Positions 47,202 through 59,230 of a stretch of DNA of 64,000 nucleotides are shown here, in pieces (position 1 is the stretch's first letter; each line of letters opens with the position of its first letter). Source of the DNA: Lingula anatina (taxonomy: Eukaryota; Animalia; Brachiopoda); NCBI GenBank assembly GCA_051362555.1, contig CM120647.1:11818651-11882650 (forward strand), in the 5' to 3' direction. A program made the position numbers and the translations under genes. The notes below the pieces were generated by a model. The model was not told the origin of the DNA. It did not search any database and saw only the letters and a list, made by a program, of their open reading frames with translations.

Positions 47202-48355
47202 ATAGACGTGGAGTGCAAGATAACTCTGAAACCCATTGTGTGTGTTAGTCTTGGATGATGAACAGAAAGCGTTGTTCATCGCAACGTAGTGCAAATGGTA
47301 CCACAACGATCTAAAATAATGTTGGCAATAATAAATATTAAAAAGTGTCAACAATTTTGTACAGAGTCAATGCATGACGTGTTCTTTGTAATAGGGCAAT
47401 GATGTCCACCAATCTATCCAATAGAAGACAAGCATGTACATTCCTAATCTTTTTATGTTAGCTATATTGAGAGCAAAAAAGTATAGCTACTAAGGAAGTA
47501 GCAAGAGAGAGCAAAAGCAGGATTTAGGATTACAATTCATATTAATGTTAAGACTTAGTGGTGGGTTTATACTATTCAAACGATTGTCCTCTGGGAAATA
47601 TGACCTAGTTGAACAAGGAATTTCTCGATTTTTACTCATTGATTCTTCTGTCGATTCAAAGAAAAAGACGCTTCCTCGCGGGTAAAAACACGCACGTACA
47701 CGCCGTACTAACAGTCCTAACACCAGTCAATCACAGTTACTTAATTGATTTGACCACACATATCCCATGTTACATCTGATAAAACCCACTGTATATTCAA
47801 ATAGCCTCAAATTGGCCATCAAATTAATAAGTTGCCATTCTCAAAGTAACTCAATTATATCCAATGAAAAATAAACACAATTATATTATACTTACCCCAG
47901 CAATGCTATATTAATCAATTATAGTAAAACGTCTTCGCCGGTTAAAAGAAATGGCAAACTAACAGGGCACGAACGTACGTAGTTTTCCAAATTACTATCC
48001 TGGTCTAAACCTCATTACATTCAAAAGCTCCCCACTCTATGTTTACCTGGATGTCTAAATGAAGCTGTTAAATTGGTTTTCATGTTCCTGAGATGTACCA
48101 GGCGACAGAGTGTATGTCAGGGGGAGGCACTCGTGACGTCACTGTGTACAGGCGTTTTCAGACTGAGGAGCTGTGGCAAGTTACAGTGCGTTCTTTCACA
48201 CCATTACGGACTAATAGTAAAAAATCCAACGATCTTAATTTTACTTTATGATCAGCTGAGTTTTGTTCACTGTGTGGCAGAAGATGCTGTTTGAGACGAG
48301 ACGTCTCTATACTGCACATTACGTCAAACAAAAAAGTCATTTACGCACAAACTAA

Positions 48356-48580
48356 GGGACCATTCCCGCAGATATTTGGATCGATCTATCTCCACGGGTA
48401 GTCTTACCAAATTGCTATCTGTTATCGGCGAGGCCAAGCGTGCCAAAAGTAAATTACCCCCCTAGTTGATTCGGTAGGCGTGACAGACACTTAAGCTTCT
48501 TAAGCTGATAGCAATTTAGCGTGAACCCCCAGGGAGTTAGGTCAATCCAGACGGATCGATGTAGGCATGGGAACTTAGTC
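48356..48580. mobile_element. MITE family A copy (reverse orientation)
   Basis: TAA|GGGACCATTCCC...TTTAGCGTGAACCCCCAGGGAGTTAGGTC...|TTA. Confidence 0.85.
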
Positions 48581-48700
48581 TTATAATTCTTGCCGGATTT
48601 AGGATGCTTTCCAACCACACAGAGATAGAATATTTCCCACTTATCGTTAAGACATCAAAGGATGATTCAGAACAAAACAATCGATATTTTATACCCACTT

Positions 48701-48706
48701 TTTATT
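48701..48706 (-). terminator. Candidate polyadenylation signal of the cobalamin-binding gene
   Basis: AATAAA on the minus strand ~600 nt after the TAG. Confidence 0.45.
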
Positions 48707-49298
48707 ATCATTATGCAAAAAGAAAAAAAGAAATTTAAAAAAAATACCAACAACATATTGCTCTCTTTGTGGCTGCTATTACATGTCGCAGTAAGAACAA
48801 ATAAATATATTTCTTCCTAGTCGTAGTTCTCATCCTGTTGTAGTTCTCATCCTATACTGTGGGTTTCTGAAATTTCATAACTAAATGCAGTTATGCCCAA
48901 TGGCGGGCTAAGGAAATAAAGCCGAGGAAGAGAAATAAGACCTCGTCACATGGCTAAAAACATTTGGGCTCCTATAACGTGGTTCTCACTTGTTCTAGGA
49001 TGATAAAACAACTGAATGATCGTGTCTTGGATATTCAGAACTATCGCCTGGCTCTACTGTAAGTTAAAAACAAACAAACCCCTTGCACATGTTAGTTTTC
49101 TCTGGACGGATTTGTAATGTAAAAATGACGTAAACTTCCATACACTACACATGGACTTGGAAGCTGTATTTTCTGGGCGACTTGTTTTTCATTTAACACT
49201 AAGAGTCAAAACACGTTGATCCTGTCCATGTACTTATGCCACAGTTATTCACCGGTGTCTAATCCAGAGATATGTTGTACGTGGGAGAATTGGAACCG

Positions 49299-49360
49299 CT
49301 AGTAGCTTGTCAGCCTGAATTCGATGTGAGACCCGTCCGTGGGTTTGAAATTATCTACAC
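49299..49360 (-). CDS. Cobalamin-binding protein terminal exon 9
   Basis: ttttag|(S)VDNFKPTDGSHIEFRLTSY TAG. Confidence 0.88.
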
Positions 49361-50347
49361 CTAAAATTAAAAACAAAATCGGCACCTTTTTCCATCTGAG
49401 ACGTAAATAATTCATTAGGCGATATGGGAATGCTGGTGGCACAGACCATATATATGAATGAATTAATTTAAAAAGTACCAAAAAAACCTATATAAATAAA
49501 TAATGAGCAACCAATAAACATCAAAAACTTCTTCGTCCTCCACTGAATTCCATATCATATAACCCATCAAAATATATTTATCAGAGAAAATTATATCATC
49601 ATTAAATAGTTAAAGTATAAATATGACAAAACATCAACTTACTGACAGTAAGTGCCTCATCAGGGAGTTTCTTTGTCATCCAGTATGTCCTCGTGGAACT
49701 CCCGCTTGCCACGCCCATTAGTGACGTCACCTGCTCACCCCATTGGCTAGACGTGCTACTGAAACTGTAACAGAGAATCTGATTGGTTTACTTATTTATA
49801 TATCCGAGACTAATTGGATTTGCACCGGTACGCCCTGTTGTTGTTTTAGTCTTATTTATCTGAACTGTATTTGGTGTGCATATTTTTAATCGATTTTTAA
49901 ACATTTCTGTAAGCCTTTCAATAATATGCATACAATATATGCATAAATCAATAATATGCATACAATATATATACAAAAATCAATAATATGCATACATTGT
50001 ACACATAAATTTATCATTTTTTACTAATCACTGCTTATATCATATATCCTAACTAACAACTACTAATCAAAGTTAACTTACTCTGTCGTATTTTAAGACT
50101 TTACTTAACAATTATCAAAGAGATCACTATCAAGCCATTATGTACCTAAAGGACGCATCATTTTGCTGTAATAACACCAGTGCATCAAACAGTGACGCAC
50201 CAGCGGGGATTTCCACGCTAAATGTGGAGTTTATTGCCGTCATGTTGACCAAGTCACTGACCACGGTAACTTTTATTCTAATATATCTAGTGGGTGCCGT
50301 CGTAGTGGTAGGAATAGTGCCTAACAAGAGAAACCCAGGCAGCGCAC

Positions 50348-50394
<47 letters not shown>

Positions 50395-50483
50395 TCAATG
50401 ACTGTAAAAATTCTGCTATATAATAATGTGAGAATAAATATCTTGAACCATTGCCATGTGGTTCCTAGTAATGTGACGGAGTC

Positions 50484-50560
<77 letters not shown>

Positions 50561-51249
50561 CTCCATGCGTGCTACCTACTTTGCCGGCACATTGTTTTGG
50601 ACATATTTTTTATATCGAAGTATGAGCGTCCTGCCAATGATGGTAAGACTTGAATTGTGGTAGAAACTTGAGCAAAGGATCCATCTTTTCCTGGTTGAAA
50701 AATTAATCAAAAATAAAATTAATGTACGGAATGCATGAAAGACAAGAGAGCCAAACGGCAAAAACGAAAACAAAGAAGTAAAAAAGTTGTTTAATGAAAA
50801 AAAAATCAACATGTTTGCCTAAAACAGAATGCTGTAAATTTTCTTAGGTTATTACGCAGTGTCTATTTGTGCGCACACAATTTGAAAATTCGAAGCCATA
50901 CTTATACTATACCTTGTTTGCTGACTAAGAAGTCATTTGACTGGTTTGTCAAGTTTGAATATCCCCCGATTGCATTTAGAGCCTATTGAAACACACAAAT
51001 ATACATGTACACATCAAAACATTTTACAACAGACTGAATATTGTAATGAAAACTTTCAACTCATCATTAAAAGTCGTTTCTGGCAGGAAAAGCACCACGT
51101 ACCTTAAAAAGACTGGGTTGAATTATAAGTATAAGATGAAAAGATTTTGATGTTTTTAAACATTAACAATTAAAATTAACAACAGATGACTCGAATATAC
51201 CATATTTAAATTTTTAACTGTGCGTGCATGCTTTGGTGTAAATATTGAA

Positions 51250-51304
<55 letters not shown>

Positions 51305-53034
51305 ATAGGTATATAAATTCAAGATTGTGATACAAGGGGGGGGGGGGGGGCAGGACAACCACGGTGCCTTAGAAACCATCACCTGTGCGGCCCAGGCGGT
51401 CTGGTGCACGTCCCCGAAGCTGTGATCCACAGGGTTGTACGCTGACAGTAGATGGTTCTTCCCTTGGGATATAGCGCCACCTACCGACGGGACGTCTGGT
51501 TCTAGGCAACGTAATGCCATTACGGTGAGTGCTGCCTCTTCTAAAAAGGAAGTAAACTTTGAAGAATTACTTTTATTTGACAAAACTTACCAAGAAAAAC
51601 CTTGCTTGAATGAATTGAGTTAATCTCGATTAAATCAAAATTATTCCAATTTTTCTCGTTCTCTCTAATACTACCTACCCACTCCAAAGGAATAATTTCC
51701 AGCGCTATTTGTCAACTGTTCGATGTGCTCCGTTTTCACTGTTCCTCCTGCGTTGCAAAGAGCCAAAACACCCCAGGCAAACGCAAAATTGTGATTAAAA
51801 TCGTGTTTTGGATAGTTGTCCACGTGATCCTCCAAAAGTTTCACTAAGTCGAACCCGTAGAAGTCACGTGGATGGGAGCACGTGGCCACCAGGGCGCAGA
51901 CGTACTGGGCCAATTTCCCGCCAAACCAGTCTGGGGTGTCAAGCGTGGCATTTCTGGAATGATATGAACAGCTTCATGATTCGAGAAGAAACCGATTTAA
52001 AATAACACCTTCAACATGTCTGCATTATTTTGCTTTAAGCCAAAGCGTCCCATAAATCAGAAACCACCTGCATCCGAACTTAAACTGCGTTTGAACATGG
52101 GACGTCCAAATTAAAACTATGAAAATCCCGTTCTACCTTCCCAGTGTTTACTATAGTTAGGTTGTCTCTTATGATATGTTAATCTGGTGTTGTGTGATCA
52201 AAGAAATCGTTTTGATCATAAGTTGGATTACACTTTCGACCAGAAAAGAATTTAAGGTTCTCACTTGGCTAACGCTGCCAAAATATCAATATGCATCCTA
52301 TTTATGCTGGCTACCGTGTCAGCATTCGACCAATTAAGCCAACTGTCGTCTGCTAATATAACTGCCATCACTGCTTCAGCTTCGAGTCGCTTTCCCCAGC
52401 CCCAATTCTTGTTTCTTCTCGAGAGTAGCCACTTGACGCCATTATCTCTCGCCTTTTCTGTTTTGCTTAACTGTGGCGTCGCATCTCGACCTGAAATACA
52501 ATTTCATATTAAGCTTGCTTTGTTTCTTTGTACCTCTCTAATACCTATTTATTTATTTATCTTTAAAAGTTTTGGCAAAAAAAAAAAAAAATAATAAATA
52601 AATAAATAAGTTGTTCATATTAAATTTCATTATAAGAGCTAAAGACGCTTAGTTAAAATATTTTCAAAAAGTTCACCATTAAACAAAAACAAAACTTTCT
52701 GGTGTCTTTGGAATAGCAAATATCCAAAAATTACATACAATGTATAAACCGTCAGCGGGAGACAGCACGTGTGGAACGTCCACGTCCCTTTTTGCATTTC
52801 CCAGCACTGTTTAAAATTCTGAGTGTGCCATTTGAGGCAGAAATAGGCCTACACGTGCCATGGAGTAAATTTTATGGTCTTACCTCTTGCTACAGGGTTT
52901 GTCGTCCCTAACACAACTGCAACAATCACCGCCGTCACAACTAACACAATCAGAAAGGTTGCCACCAGGATATCTACCCTGCGCTTGCGCAGACGGAATG
53001 GTTTGTTTGTAACTAGCTGCTCTCTTGAGTTCAT
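49299..53034 (-). CDS. Cobalamin-binding protein of the transcobalamin/haptocorrin/gastric intrinsic factor family (9 exons, ~449 aa from Met at 53034)
   Basis: Exons 53034-52884, 52490-52265, 51953-51679, 51540-51383, 50982-50913, 50690-50580, 50320-50146, 49764-49643, 49360-49299 splice in frame. Family motifs: GKLAQYVCALVATCSHP, AWGVLALC, FGVEEAALTVMALRCL, SFGDVHQTAWAAQAL, DGSF..STTIQVLPSLAGRSYFDI; C-terminal beta domain V.IPAGASLFDAL..F....SQWG..VTSLMG...TYW...VDNFKPTDGSHIEF. Exact start codon uncertain. Confidence 0.87.
49643..49764 (-). CDS. Cobalamin-binding protein exon 8
   Basis: ttacag|FSSTSSQWGEQVTSLMGVASGSSTRTYWMTKKLPDEALTV|gtaagt. Confidence 0.9.
49918..49996. repeat. ~30-bp tandem minisatellite, about 2.5 copies
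   Basis: TCAATAATATGCATACA starts three successive units. Confidence 0.8.
50146..50320 (-). CDS. Cobalamin-binding protein exon 7 (Thr-rich linker plus start of beta domain)
   Basis: tgttag|(S)TIPTTTTAPT...VEIPAGASLFDALVLLQQNDASF|gtacat. Confidence 0.88.
50487..50559. repeat. Compound (GT)n(GA)n microsatellite
   Basis: pure repeats in an intron of the cobalamin-binding gene. Confidence 0.95.
50580..50690 (-). CDS. Cobalamin-binding protein exon 6
   Basis: aaccag|(G)KDGSFAQVSTTIQVLPSLAGRSYFDIKNMSKTMCRQ|gtaggt. Confidence 0.9.
50913..50982 (-). CDS. Cobalamin-binding protein exon 5
   Basis: caatag|ALNAIGGYSNLTNQSNDFLVSKQ|gtatag; bridges phase 0 to phase 1. Confidence 0.82.
51248..51307. repeat. 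(AAAT)n microsatellite
   Basis: pure repeat. Confidence 0.95.
51383..51540 (-). CDS. Cobalamin-binding protein exon 4
   Basis: ttttag|EEAALTVMALRCL...SFGDVHQTAWAAQ|gtgatg. Confidence 0.92.
51679..51953 (-). CDS. Cobalamin-binding protein exon 3
   Basis: ttccag|NATLDTPDWFGGKLAQYVCALVATC...YSFGV|gtaggt. Confidence 0.92.
52265..52490 (-). CDS. Cobalamin-binding protein exon 2
   Basis: tttcag|(G)RDATP...GVKWLLSRRNKNWGWG...RMHIDILAALA|gtgaga. Confidence 0.87.
52884..53034 (-). CDS. Cobalamin-binding protein exon encoding basic tail plus TM/signal anchor
   Basis: MNSREQLVTNKPFRLRKRRVDILVATFLIVLVVTAVIVAVVLGTTNPVAR G|gtaaga; phase matches next exon. Confidence 0.75.
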
Positions 53035-53535
53035 TACCTGGAGATCTGGTTTAGGTCTAGACAAGACGAATTGCAATGGCTGATTAGACTTGCATCCTGA
53101 CACGTTACTTGGGCAAGTTATACAAAATCAGTATTTTTTAGTATTTTAGTATTTTATTTATTTACTTTTTTAGTATTTTATTTATTTACTTTGAGCTTTA
53201 TCTGCTAAAATCGTTTAGGAGACTTAGCAAGTATGGTTCTAATCGTGTTTCACGTACTATAAGCCCAAAATAAATACAGAAGACATAGACCTACGAATGC
53301 CTAGTTTATATATAAGTTGCATGTTACAATGCTAGTAATGACCCCCCAATCTTAATCTGTTTCACAATACGAACAAATGAGAATGAAAAAAAAAAATTTA
53401 AAAATAAATAAATAAATAAACAAGAAAACTCATGTCACTGAACGAAGGGATTACACCCCCCTCTGTTCACCTACTTGGTCGGTTGATTACGTCAGTTACG
53501 CTAAACAAAGTTATTCCTATTAGAAATACGACTAA

Positions 53536-53623
53536 GGTCCCATCCAGAACAAGTTGATCCGCAGACCAATAGATCCGGCAGATCTGTAAGTCCGCGGCTA
53601 AACGTTGGTTGTGAATGTGGCCC
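53536..53623. mobile_element. Internally deleted MITE (family B)
   Basis: TAA|GGTCCCATCCAGAAC...GATCTGTAAGTCCGCGG...TTGTGAATGTGGCCC|TAG; reverse-similar to 2049-2185. Confidence 0.65.
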
Positions 53624-53829
53624 TAGTGTGCCTCCATTTCTCACCTAGTATCAACAGCTAACTCCATGGCCGCCATACTGCGCAGAGGCCGCCCTGGTTA
53701 TACCGCAGTCGTTGTATGTCTTGATGAAACAAAAAAATGGAAAAACATAAACATTAAGTACAAATGTTAAGGTAAACAATGCAGAAAACACTTTAAAATA
53801 TTATTATTTAATTTCGGATTTAGGGAAGT

Positions 53830-54079
53830 CAGGGGGGCTGTGAAAAAAAATCATGCCAATATCCCCCTCTTGAAATTCGAATTTTAACTAGCTCAATCAT
53901 AGTTCTAAAGCGTACAAAATAAACGGCGCCGTTTGCCCTCCAAAATCAAAGCTTTTCGGAACTCATGAGCGGGTCCTAGACCCCATGCCAAGGTGGCTAG
54001 GGTCGGCTGCGGCGACATCGCAACCCTAGGCCTATCATTCTTTAAAAAATCCCGTACCTCCTTCAAACAATCCGCCCCT
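53830..54079 (-). mobile_element. Degenerate copy of the 8005/35800 MITE family
   Basis: CTAGCTCAATCATAGTTCTAAA...GGCGCCGTTTGCCCTCCAAA core; ends AATCCGCCCCT. Confidence 0.65.
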
Positions 54080-54299
54080 TTTCTTAACCATGCTCCCCAT
54101 TCCTTGTTGTCCAAGAAAAGACACATATCTCATAGCAATTAAGCCTCAAGAGGGCGTATTTCTCCAGTGAATAGAACTTTGCTAAAAATAAGATAGCTCT
54201 CTGATTACTTTTTATTGATTTTTCAATCAAACGCTCATCGGGTCTTTCAGGATAGAACATAAATGAATAGACTGGACTCTGGAAACTAAAAACACATAG

Positions 54300-54466
54300 C
54301 AGGGGCGGATCTAGAGCTATTTACCGACAGTCTTCCAAATTATCTCTGTTGATTCATCCTTCAATTTTGACCGTCTTCCAACAGAAAAAATAGATACCCG
54401 TCAGTGTAAACTTGAAAATCTGAACGTCTTCCGGAAGACCCAAAGGACGGCCTAAATCCGTCCCTG
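54300..54466. mobile_element. CAG-type TIR MITE with 5-bp TSD
   Basis: CAGGGGCGGATCTAG...CTAAATCCGTCCCTG; flanks CATAG/CACAG. Confidence 0.75.
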
Positions 54467-56345
54467 CACAGGGATTTTTATAACTTTTATAAAATGTTTT
54501 ACAATAGGAATGCGATATCACTGGAGGTTGGACGCAATAAGGAGTTGTGGGTTGCCAAAACTCCGGTTATCATCACAACCAAGATCGCAGCTAACGCAAT
54601 TAAGACCTAGCAGACACCCCACGTTTGCTTTTCAAGATGACTTTCATTTCACCTTAGTATATAAACGACCGGTTCGGCATTAAGTCGCTTAATAACCAAT
54701 ATTCAGATTTTTCGAGTTTAGCAACAAATGCTCTTGTTTGGGTAATGCCGTTACCACTTTTCCTGCTCGAAGACTACGAGAGCTACCAGACCTTTGCACT
54801 AAATTCGAACATCTTGACCTCGTATAGACCAACAACATTTACGAACATTCAACGCCCCTTTGTGCAATAAACTTCCTAAATCCAGCTTTGAGGCTGCACA
54901 GCTTAGAACTACGTCAAATCAACTTTGTTTTCCAACGGCATATAGTTCACACAATCAAGCATATGCTCTAATAATAATAAGCTTTTGGGTCGATTTCAAT
55001 ACTACTGCCAAACCTCTCACATATAGGCAACGAAATCCGGAATATCAAAATAATACTAGATATGTTCTAATAACGATCGAGGAGGATTACTTACTTCTGA
55101 TATTAGCGTCCGTCCCCCTGACGTATAACCTACCGGTATATATAATATATCTTTCAATGAGGCAGGCTCTAATTGTGCCGCTAGAGGGCAATCGGGGTCA
55201 GAATGCGTACAATAGCCCCCAAATATACAGGTAGACGGTGCTCCGCAATGTGGAGACATGCCCTCGCGTGTTATTGAATTCTTCTCATGTAGTCCTCTCG
55301 CGACATAGGGCGGTTTCAACCTGGCTCAGTTTTTGGACGTACATGCTAGCTAGTTTACTTACCGCAGGAACGCAGCATGGAAGGCGGCAAACTGAGGCAA
55401 GCTTATGGTGGTTTCATTTTAAGAGGCCAATACGGCTTTTATAATTAGACCAACTATAAGCCCAGTCATGTCACCGAGTCGTCTGTTTTTGAAATACCTA
55501 GCCGTGCTTATTACATACGACTGATAGAAGGTCCATGGCGTGCAGAGACAAGTGATCAAAAATGAATAACCTCTCAGTTTAATGGCCTTTACATCCCTCT
55601 GGGTCTCTCCTTCATCATGGCTGGGAGACCGTTTGGAGAGCACGGCCCATCTTCATGCCGGAAGTTTCCTCGTTGAGGTCGTAATATCAAATTTACAAAA
55701 GAATTAAAAAAGGTCTTCTTCTAGGTCTGTTTCCACAAAGCCTTCCCCTTTATAGCGCGTAACATATACCAGGCAGGTGGATCGATCGCTCAGTCACGTG
55801 ACTTGTGAGAAAAAAACGTGAAAAGGTTGCCAAGGAAAGAGATTGTTGGAGTGAGTACGCGGAGGAATCGCATCGCTGCTCGTGTATAGATGCCTCGCAT
55901 TGTTGGATCGACCTATGTTTCAAGCAAGGTGGATGTTTTTCTCTTTCTTCTTTTTTGTTGATCTGTTTGTTTTGTTTACCCACAGGGCGGGGAAATGAAA
56001 ACGCCCCGTTATAATAATGGTAGTAGGTAACGATGAGGTTGACAATTCCGCACAGGGGGCTGATCCTTGCAGAATTAGTTTATTATTTATCCTATTAATA
56101 TTCTTATTCATAATCTTGTTCTGATTTTAAGAGTCCATGTAGCTGCAGTTATCCTGGTTAAACTTTAAATAAAAACGTGCACTGATATCTGAAGTGGACT
56201 TTCAAGAAAAATACTGCAATTTGAAACATCGTCTTCATTTTTTAATTTAAGACAAGGTCAGAATCCGTCATAGTGCTTTGGAAAAAGGACACCTTTCCCC
56301 GTACCTCTAACCACCCCCCTCCCCCCCCCCCCCCCCCAAAAAAAA

Positions 56346-56384
<39 letters not shown>

Positions 56385-58050
56385 ATCCTCCTTGCTCACC
56401 CGTATATGATACCACATTAGTTGCTGTCGACGTCCTGTCATCACTGCATTTGTAAGGAACTTACATTGAATAAAGGCAAAAAAATAAAAAGACATTATAC
56501 GACAGCCCGAACAACCTCAGAGTAGGCTTTGTTAAATGGAAACTAGAGTTTTAAAAAACCTCGTTTGTATTAAAAACAGAAATAAAGAAAAGCTCACAAA
56601 TAGTTTTGACACAAACATCTATCACAGTTTGACAGCAGACTTAGATGGCAGACGTCATATTTCTACGTAAGACTCCCACACAATACTAGTATCGACTTTG
56701 TGCTGAAAACCCCTTTATTGTTTCTTCTTCAGACCTACAAAACACTCTGTTACATATATATTGTATTGCCTATACTTTAATTCTGTATATCCTCTTAAAG
56801 GCCCTTGATATCATAGGGTAGGTCTACAATGCTAGCACAGGCATATCGTGCTGAAATTAATTGTTTCTTCTTCAGACGCAGGCCTACAATACCAGAACAA
56901 ATCGCATTGTCCTGTCTATTCTTCAGACGCAGGCTCTCGTGTGAATACTGTCACCCAAGTTTCAGAAGTTATTGAGAACTGGATCCCACCATCAGCACGC
57001 ATTTTCTGTCTTCCTTAGCACCCAGAGTTTCAGGAATAGCAAGGGGAAAAAAACACTATTAACACGTCCTGTCGTTACCAGTAACTGGTGGTCTTTTAAC
57101 CTAGCAACAGTAGACTCTTTACTTTAAAAAAAATTGAACACTTTTTAAATAGTTTTTATCCGAGAGCAGTAACACGTTTTAATTTGTTTTTAAAGCTAAT
57201 TCTTAATTCATTTATTAATTCATTGTGTTGCTTTTATTTTTTTCATCAAATTTTGCTCCAAAGGAAAATGATTTCCGATTTTTATAGTTGGCTGCATTAA
57301 GTTTATTATATTTTATCTTTAGTTTCCAGAAGTTTCTGAACATCAGGAGCAGCACCATCTGCTGTGGGATGAATACCTGATCGTTTTACTCACCTGGTCC
57401 ATGCTGTTGTATTTCCAGCTAACGTATTTTCCGTTTTTAAGTTAATAATTATTAGTATTCGCCAAAAGATGTCAAATACTTACTCTCAATATTTCCTGTT
57501 TGTGACTCAGGCCTATACTCCTCAAAATGCTAGTATACAATGCAACTGATTAATTTGTCAATAACAGATAAGACGTATCAAACCTATTTGGTATCAAGCT
57601 CAAGTCCGCTTCTAAGGTGCCACATATCTTGGGTTTTATTTAGCGCTGACGAATTTGAATCCTGTTATATAAAATAGACAACTACCTCGTTATTCAGTAA
57701 AAAATGTAGGCCTAAAATATATATAAGTACGGATTATGGCAATGTACACAAAAGACAAAAAAAACAACCCATTGTGTATTCTCGCCGCTCACTGACGTGT
57801 AAATACACCCGGGGCTGTCAGTTGGCCTAGATCTATATCCAGCGCGGGTGTGCTTGGGCTCTTTCCCAATGACATTATCGTTATACGTTGATCAATCCAA
57901 GTCCGCGGGGACTCTCGCTGCATGCAGTCAGATGAATAGATTAATGACCACGTCTCCTGAAGTCTGGCATTGAGTGGAATGCAGAAAAGCTGGTGATTAT
58001 ACGAGTATGTTGGAAACAAGGAGGTGTGTTAATCTGATTGCATTCAGCCA

Positions 58051-58267
58051 GACACCCCATTTCCATAGATTAGATCGACCTACTTTAGATCGACTTAACT
58101 CCCTGGGGGTTCACGCTATATAGCTGTCAGCCGGGCGGACACGAAAGTTAATTACCTCCTTACAGCTTGTAGTAGGCGGGACAGACATTTAAGTCGGATT
58201 AACTGAAAGTAATCTAGTGAGACTCCCCGCGGGGATAGATCGATCTAAAATCTATGGGAATAGAGCC
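58051..58267. mobile_element. MITE family A copy
   Basis: Near-identical to 5611-5825. Confidence 0.9.
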
Positions 58268-59230
58268 AGAGTCTACACGGAGTTGGATTGATAAACGTAG
58301 AACAATAGTTTCATCGGGAATAAGCCCTATGATATCCTTGCCTAGATTCACGACTTACTCATCTTTAGAACTGCCAGCAAAGGACGATGACAAATTACCG
58401 TGTGGTGAAAAAAAGGAAAGATATCGCTAATTCAAAAGGAAAATAATCAATGAAAATGGAATGAAGCAAATAAAATGAACCGGCAAAAATATAAGGAACT
58501 TCCCCCTTCCCTGCCATGGGAGATTGCCTCATCAAAGAAGTCACATTTTAAAAGTACAAAACACCCCATGACCAACTAAGTCTCGATCTTCAGTCATTTT
58601 TTATGATTTAATTCGTTAACAGCGGCCACTTGAGATGCATGAGGAGTCTCAGGTGCATTATAGCCCGTCCTAACTGTACAGTTATATGACTCCAAGTCAA
58701 CGAACAGGCAGCATCGTAAAAATCGATGGCATTCTCCTCAGACATTGCGTTCAATTTGAGTGTCCTTAGCAATTCCGTGAGACAAAGGACAAATGGAGGC
58801 CGTGAAATTTCAACGGTCTTCTAGATTATGGTTTTGTGCTTTCTAGTCATCTTTGAACTCCACTCCCCCCCCCCCCCCTAAATAGATAATGTAATGAAAT
58901 AAACTTTAATAACAAAAAATATGAGAGGTTAAAGTCTGCTAGTATATGAAAATATGTTGCATGTGTGAGTTATCTCTTCCTTCTCAATCATTAATTTTTC
59001 TTAATCACAAAAATATTTTTCTGTTGAAAAGCCCAAGTGTTAGTCTGTTATTTTTCATCTCTTTTAGCAGACAGGGTCAAACACTTGTATTTTTTTTTCT
59101 CTATATGCTGTTAGGGCCAATTATGTGCCATGTCCCCTTTTCTTCCTCTTTTTTATTTTGACAGACAGGCAAAAACATGAATGTCTTCCTCTTTATAAAG
59201 ACAGACCCCCAGGGCTAATATGTTTTTCTT

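Noticed and set aside
50140-50625. 161-aa plus-strand ORF
   Set aside because: Antisense to real exons and composed of microsatellite translations (poly-N, CV, RE).
54860-56111. Cluster of 60-124-aa ORFs between the cobalamin-binding gene and MRTO4
   Set aside because: No domain motifs or consistent exon chain; cannot support a gene, though a lncRNA or decayed transposon is not excluded.
56716-56937. Three spaced copies of TTCTTCAGAC(GCAGGC), superficially CRISPR-like
   Set aside because: Irregular spacing, short degenerate units, eukaryotic context and no cas genes; a decayed local duplication.
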